From Gammaproteobacteria bacterium (GTDB lineage: Bacteria; Pseudomonadota; Gammaproteobacteria; Eutrophobiales; Eutrophobiaceae), in NCBI GenBank assembly GCA_965220815.1, contig OZ244846.1, positions 2,588,104 through 2,652,103 of the forward strand: DNA of 64,000 nucleotides, read 5' to 3'. Of the stretch, positions 59,011-64,000 are shown piece after piece (the stretch's first letter is position 1; every line of letters starts with the position of its first letter). Both the position numbers and the translations under genes were made by a program. The notes beneath the pieces were generated by a model, which was given only the letters and a program-made list of their open reading frames with translations, was not told the DNA's origin and ran no database searches.

Positions 59011-61062
59011 ATGTCCCCGGGACCGGAAACCCGCACCGTCCGCACCATGTGCCCCATGAACTGCCATCCCACGTTTTGCGGGATGCAGGTCACCGTCGCC
59101 GGCGAGCGGTTGGTGGAAATCAGGGGCGACAAGGAGAACCCGGACAGCCGCGGCTTCCTCTGCGTACGCGGGCAGGCCGCCGGCGAGATCATCGGCAACC
59201 CCCGGCGCATCCTGTATCCCATGATGCGCAGTACGCGGGGCAGCGACAACTGGGACGTGGTGAGCTGGGACCAGGCCCTGGACCGTATTGCGGAGGGTTT
59301 CTGCGCCGCGGGCCGGGAAGCCGTCGGCCTGTGGGGCGGGCACGGCATGCTGGCCAACGATTACGGCACCTTCGCCCATACGGAACTGCTTCTCAGGTTC
59401 GGCAACATGTACGGCTGCCAGTGGTGGGACGGCAGCATGATCTGCTGGGGCCTGGGCGGTTTCGGCCTGGGACTGACCGGCCTGCTGGAGGCGAACACCA
59501 AGGAGGACATGGGCAGCTATTCCGACCTGATCATCCTCTGGGGCGCGAACATTGCCAGCCAGCCCAATACCGGGCGCCACATCTCCGCAGCCCGGCGCCG
59601 CGGCGCCAGGCTGGTGGCCATCGATGTACGCGTGAGCGAGTCGTGCCGGCAAGCGGACGAGTATTTCCTGGTGAAACCCGGCACGGACGCGGCGCTGGCC
59701 CTGGCCATGATGCACGTTATCATCGGCGATAACCTGCACGACCGGGATTTCATCAAGGAACACACCACGGGATTTGCCGAACTGAGCGAACACGTGCGGG
59801 ACTTCACGCCCGCCCGGGCCGAGGCGATCACCGGCGTGGACGCGTCGCGCATCGTTGAGCTTGCCCGCGCATACGCAAACACCGAGCGGGCCATGATCGT
59901 CCTGGGCGGCAGTTCCCTGTACAAGGACCAGAACGGTTGGCAGGCCGCCCGGGCGGTGTCCTGCCTGCCCGCGCTCACCGGCAAGTCCGGCAAGCCGGGC
60001 TGCGGCCTGGGGCCGCGCCACGCGGCCTTGTCCCACGGTTTCGGCACCAGCCATATCATGAATTTCGAAGCGCGGCCGCCGGGCGACTACGTCCCCAACC
60101 AGATGCCGGCCATCCTGGAGGCCATAGAGCAGGGCCGCTTGCGCGCCTTCGTGCTGCTGGGCACCAACATGCTGTCGTCCTACGCCGATGCCGCGCGGCT
60201 GGAGGCCGGCCTGGATAAGATGGACCTCATCGTCGGCCACGACCTGTTCATGAACGACATGATGCGGAAGCACGCGGACGTGGTGCTGCCCGCCACGTCA
60301 TGGCTGGAAGACACCGGCGTGAAGAGCACCCATACCCACCTGTACCTGATGGACCAGGCGCTGCCGCCTCCCGGCGAGGCCCGCAGCATGACCGCCCTGC
60401 TCAAGGACTTGGCGGAGCGCATGGAGATCAGTGATTTCTACCCGTGGGAGAGCGAACACGGCCATATCGACGCGGTGCTTGACCATCCGTCCACCGGCCA
60501 TGCCACGGTGGAGTCGTTGCGCGCAAGCGGCGGCATCGGCGAGTTGAACATCTCCCACGTGGCGTACCCGGACCACCGCTATGCGACGCCCTCCGGCAAG
60601 GTGGAGTTCTATTCCGAACGCGCCGCGCAGCACGGCCTGCCGGCCCTGCCGGAGTACCAACCCCGCCCCGGTTCGGATTACCCCCTGGAACTGCGCAACG
60701 GCCGCATGCTGACCCATTTCCACGCCTTCTACGACCATGGCCGGGCGCTGCCGTCCATAGATAAACTGGAGGACGGACCGTCCCTGTGGATATCTCCCGC
60801 GGATGCTTCAGAACGCGGCCTCACCGACGGCATGCCCGTGCGCCTGCACAACGAGCGCGGAGAGTGCGAAGCCCTGGCCCGGGTGACCGATGACGTGCCG
60901 CCGGGAACGGTGTGGATGCACGACGGCTGGCCCGGCGCCAACACGCTCACCTCCGGCTCCCGCTGCGTGCCCGACAGCGCCGTAGACCTGTTTCCCTTCA
61001 GTACCGGACAGGCCGCCTATGATGCCCGGGTGGAAGTGACCGGATACCAGGGGTCAGAGTAA
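59011..61062 (+). CDS. Molybdopterin (bis-MGD) oxidoreductase, DMSO reductase family
   Basis: N-terminal CPMNCHPTFCG...LCVRG (Fe-S), WGAN, PGTDAALA, ADVVLPATSWLE and TPSGKVEF. Confidence 0.9.
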   Translation: MSPGPETRTVRTMCPMNCHPTFCGMQVTVAGERLVEIRGDKENPDSRGFLCVRGQAAGEIIGNPRRILYPMMRSTRGSDNWDVVSWDQALDRIAEGFCAAGREAVGLWGGHGMLANDYGTFAHTELLLRFGNMYGCQWWDGSMICWGLGGFGLGLTGLLEANTKEDMGSYSDLIILWGANIASQPNTGRHISAARRRGARLVAIDVRVSESCRQADEYFLVKPGTDAALALAMMHVIIGDNLHDRDFIKEHTTGFAELSEHVRDFTPARAEAITGVDASRIVELARAYANTERAMIVLGGSSLYKDQNGWQAARAVSCLPALTGKSGKPGCGLGPRHAALSHGFGTSHIMNFEARPPGDYVPNQMPAILEAIEQGRLRAFVLLGTNMLSSYADAARLEAGLDKMDLIVGHDLFMNDMMRKHADVVLPATSWLEDTGVKSTHTHLYLMDQALPPPGEARSMTALLKDLAERMEISDFYPWESEHGHIDAVLDHPSTGHATVESLRASGGIGELNISHVAYPDHRYATPSGKVEFYSERAAQHGLPALPEYQPRPGSDYPLELRNGRMLTHFHAFYDHGRALPSIDKLEDGPSLWISPADASERGLTDGMPVRLHNERGECEALARVTDDVPPGTVWMHDGWPGANTLTSGSRCVPDSAVDLFPFSTGQAAYDARVEVTGYQGSE

Positions 61063-61115
61063 AATCACCACCGATCTTACCGCCACCACAATCTCGGCGA
61101 TTTTACTCTGACCCC
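61050..61115. repeat. Family D palindrome providing the stop codon of the Mo oxidoreductase
   Basis: GGGGTCAGAGTAAAATC...GATTTTACTCTGACCCC; TAA at 61060-61062. Confidence 0.8.
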
Positions 61116-61142
61116 AATTTTTTCCGGATGTCTCTGTCCGGC

Positions 61143-61433
61143 TTATTCGCGCCAGTAATTGTTCGCCGCGGCTATGGTGGCGAATTCGATAGCGATGACC
61201 TCGGCTGCATCAATCAGCATCCCGCCATCTGTGGAGTACTGGGCGCGCACTTCCTTCTTGACCGCGGCGTCGGATTGCATCTCGCCGATCGACTTCCTGG
61301 CCAGCTTGATGGCCAGTTGCCGGCCCTCATAGGGCGTGGCCGTGATCAGGCTGCCGACGTAGTCCTCGCCGGCAACGGCGTATCCGGGAAGCAGTACGGC
61401 CAGCAGCAGTAACACAGGTAGTTTGTTCAACAT
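61143..61433 (-). CDS. Hexameric tyrosine-coordinated heme protein (HTHP)-like, with signal peptide
   Basis: SLITATPYEGRQLAIKLAR...RAQY...EFATIAAANNYW; hydrophobic N-terminus ending AVA; GGAGG RBS. Confidence 0.75.
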   Translation of the reverse strand: MLNKLPVLLLLAVLLPGYAVAGEDYVGSLITATPYEGRQLAIKLARKSIGEMQSDAAVKKEVRAQYSTDGGMLIDAAEVIAIEFATIAAANNYWRE

Positions 61434-61479
61434 CTTATTCCTCCGGTTATATGATAGAAAAGAAAAAATTATAATATTC

Positions 61480-62472
61480 CTACCCGACAAACGGCATCAC
61501 CTTTTCTGCCAGGGTGTCGATGACCGCGTCGGGGTGTTTCGTGGCGATGGGCAGGACGAAGTTATTTATCCCCAGTTGCGTCAATGCCCGAAGGCGGGGG
61601 ATGACCTCGTCGGGGGTGCCTGTTATGGCGACCGCGTCCAGTATGCGATCGGTGATCAGCCCGGCCTGCGCGGCGTCCATGCTGCCGTGCTGCTGGTAGT
61701 CGTATTTCTCCTTCATGACCTGCAGGTCGTTGAGCAGTCCGGCGGGCATGTCCTCGTGGGGAACGGCCTTGTAGATGGTGCCCGCCGCAACCGAGGCGTA
61801 GCCGCGGGCCTCGGCGCGCACCTGCTCGCGGTCTTCGGATACGGCGAAGGCCAGGCGCTGGTACAGTTTGACTTCGGACGGGTCGCGCCCAACCGCGCGG
61901 GCGCCGGTTTCTATGTTCCTGATGGCATAACGCGCCAGTTGCGGGTCGGCGCCGACCTGGAACAGCACGCCGTCGGCGATGCGCCCGGCCAGTTGCAGGG
62001 ACTTCGGGCCGGTGCAGGCGATGACCACCGGCACCTTGCGCGGCGGCCAGCTTACCTTCAGGTCTGTGCCGTCGTGGTTGACCTCTTCGCCTGCCATGAG
62101 GCGCCGCACCGTGTCGATAACCTGTTCCATGCGCCTGAGCCGGGCCGGCCGCTCGCCGATGGTGAACACCGCGCTGTCTCCCACGCCGATGCCCAGCACG
62201 GCGCGGCCGCCGGAGTATTCATCCAGGGTGGCGAAACTGTGCGCCAGCACCGCGGGATGGCGGGTGATGACATTGGTAACGCCGGTCGCCAGTTCCATGT
62301 CGCGAGTGCGTTGCGCAAACAGGGTCAGGGCCATGAAGGCATCGCGGAACACGGACTGGGAGTCTGCAACCCAGACGCCGCGGAAACCCAGGGTCTCGGC
62401 GCGGGCGATCCAGTCGACAAAGTCGGCCAGGGGCCGGTTGGGCAGGATGCCTATGTGGAATGATACGGGCAT
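61480..62472 (-). CDS. LLM-class oxidoreductase (Mer-like, probably F420-dependent)
   Basis: AETLGFRGVWVADSQ, GVTNVITRHP, GGRAVLGIGVGDS and GPKSLQLAGRIADGV. Confidence 0.85.
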   Translation of the reverse strand: MPVSFHIGILPNRPLADFVDWIARAETLGFRGVWVADSQSVFRDAFMALTLFAQRTRDMELATGVTNVITRHPAVLAHSFATLDEYSGGRAVLGIGVGDSAVFTIGERPARLRRMEQVIDTVRRLMAGEEVNHDGTDLKVSWPPRKVPVVIACTGPKSLQLAGRIADGVLFQVGADPQLARYAIRNIETGARAVGRDPSEVKLYQRLAFAVSEDREQVRAEARGYASVAAGTIYKAVPHEDMPAGLLNDLQVMKEKYDYQQHGSMDAAQAGLITDRILDAVAITGTPDEVIPRLRALTQLGINNFVLPIATKHPDAVIDTLAEKVMPFVG

Positions 62473-62509
62473 TGCGCTTTATAAGGTGTCCCTTCGGGAC
62501 TGGTATTTT

Positions 62510-62538
62510 ACTGGATGCCGGGTCAAGCCCGGCATGAC
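62510..62538. repeat. Family B half element
   Basis: ACTGGATGCCGGGTCAAGCCCGGCATGAC. Confidence 0.75.
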
Positions 62539-62547
62539 AAAATTTGC

Positions 62548-64000
62548 TTACCGGGACTCGACGCTGACTCCTTTTTCCGACCCCCCGGCGAAGCGCTCGA
62601 ACATCGACATGGGCGAGTTGTGGGAGTTCTCGATGATGATGTCCTGCCCGTGCAGGGCGTCCTGCAGCGCGGCGCACAGGGAGTGCAGCGGCCCGCCGCC
62701 GCCTTCGCCCATGCCCTTGGCGCCGTGGAAGGTGAACGGTGAGGGCGATTGCCGGTTGGAGCACTTGAGTTCCGGCATGGTGCTGATGGTGATCGGCGCA
62801 TAATCGGTGAACGATCCGGTAATGGCGTTGCCGTCTGCGTCGTAGGAAATGTCTTCCACCAGCGCCGCGCCGATGCCATGGGCCGCGGCGCCGTGCACCT
62901 GGCCCTCGACGATCATGGGATTGATCACCGTGCCGCAGTCATCCACGATGGCATAGTCCAGGATCCGGGTCTGGTAGGTGTCGGGGTCGACCTCGACCAC
63001 GGAGATGTGCAGTTGCAGGGCGTAGGTGAGGGTGAGGTTGCCGATCTTCTTCTCCACGTCCGGCACCTTGAACGGCGGCATGTATACGTGCCGGGCGTTC
63101 AGGGACAGGTCGCGCAGGTCATCCGGCAGGCTGGCGCTGTTCGAATTGATGAAGTTGGCCAGCATCCAGTAGTTGAGCGCCTGATCAGTACCGCGCACAC
63201 AGACCTGCGGGCCCATGTCGCCGACTCCGAAGTCCAGGTCTTTTTCCTCGGCTTCCAGGGCGAAACAGGCGAGTCTCGTCATTTCCGCCTTGAGCTTGAG
63301 CGCGGCGCCGTGGGCCGCGGACAGGCCGGTGACCACGAACTGGCTGGCGTAGGTACCGGATTGGCCGGTATGGCTGTCGTTCAGTGAATCGAACCCCGTC
63401 TTGACGTGCACCAGTTCTGGCGGGATCTCCAGCACGTCGCCCACTACCTGCGCGGCAGTAGTTTCATGGCCCTGGCCCTGGGGGAAGGTGCCCAGGCTCA
63501 CCACCACCGTGCCGTCAAGGTCCAGTTTCACCGTGGCGGCGGTGGAATTGCCCGAGAATGGCGCGTGGGGGTTGACGTACCTGGCCTGGCCCCAGTTGTT
63601 GGTGCCGGAATCCAGGGTCGTGCCTATGCCGATGCCGATCAGCCGGCCTTCCTTGCGGGCTTCCGCCTGCTTCTTCTTCCACCCGTCCCAATCCACCAGT
63701 TCCTTGGCCTTTGCCAGCATGGCGGGGAAGTCGCCGGAATCATAGACGCAGCCGTTCGGCGTCTCGTACGGGAACTCCTCGATATAATTCTTCAGGCGCA
63801 TCTCGTCGGTTGGGATGCCCAGTTCATGGCCGCAGATATCCACCACCCGTTCCATGAACCAGATGTGCGGCAGCCGCGAGTAGCCGCGGTTGGGCGCGGC
63901 CGGACCCTTGTTGGTGGTCACCTGGTTGAAGTCGATGCTGATATTGCGCAACTTGTAGGACGCGGGCAGCACCTGGGACCATATCACCGAGCCCAGGGGT
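62548..64000 (-). CDS. Xanthine dehydrogenase/CoxL-family molybdopterin-binding subunit, 5' part outside the window
   Basis: YDSGDF, QGQGHETT, DDCGTVINPMIVEGQVHG and GAKGMGEGG. Confidence 0.9.
   Translation of the reverse strand, partial: PLGSVIWSQVLPASYKLRNISIDFNQVTTNKGPAAPNRGYSRLPHIWFMERVVDICGHELGIPTDEMRLKNYIEEFPYETPNGCVYDSGDFPAMLAKAKELVDWDGWKKKQAEARKEGRLIGIGIGTTLDSGTNNWGQARYVNPHAPFSGNSTAATVKLDLDGTVVVSLGTFPQGQGHETTAAQVVGDVLEIPPELVHVKTGFDSLNDSHTGQSGTYASQFVVTGLSAAHGAALKLKAEMTRLACFALEAEEKDLDFGVGDMGPQVCVRGTDQALNYWMLANFINSNSASLPDDLRDLSLNARHVYMPPFKVPDVEKKIGNLTLTYALQLHISVVEVDPDTYQTRILDYAIVDDCGTVINPMIVEGQVHGAAAHGIGAALVEDISYDADGNAITGSFTDYAPITISTMPELKCSNRQSPSPFTFHGAKGMGEGGGGPLHSLCAALQDALHGQDIIIENSHNSPMSMFERFAGGSEKGVSVESR

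Overview
GC-rich bacterial chromosome segment, most consistent with a Gammaproteobacterium. The sup-type PKS suggests a marine sponge symbiont (inference). From left to right: two paralogous AcrB-type RND pumps flanking hemW, a nitroreductase and an acyl-CoA dehydrogenase; a sup-like cluster (ACP, alpha/beta hydrolase, 3187-aa KS-AT-DH-MT-ER-KR-ACP-KS PKS, NCS2 permease); a peroxiredoxin; and hipBA. Next is an ~8.2-kb integrase-less island at tRNA-Gln(CTG), bounded by a 46-bp att repeat. It carries an IS1634 interrupted by an IS21 and an AbiEi/AbiEii pair whose nucleotidyltransferase toxin has a C-terminal WYL-like domain. Then come F420 genes (npdG, cofC), a cyclase, a fused IorA-IorB, gloB, a branched-chain keto-acid dehydrogenase operon with its Lrp regulator, higBA, an AAA_14/DUF4143 ATPase preceded by four 23-bp repeats, and OsmC. 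A MalT-type regulator precedes a hydantoinase (frameshifted)/DUF917/TonB receptor/racemase/SSS cluster. The window ends with TPMT, a molybdopterin oxidoreductase, an HTHP-like heme protein, an LLM oxidoreductase and a partial xanthine dehydrogenase-family subunit. At least five families of short palindromic repeats are scattered throughout, and several copies sit in frame inside proteins or supply stop codons. The best candidates for something new are the AbiEii-WYL fusion, the protein-coding palindromes with compensatory base changes, and the sup PKS variant. All calls come from motifs read by eye; no database search was run.
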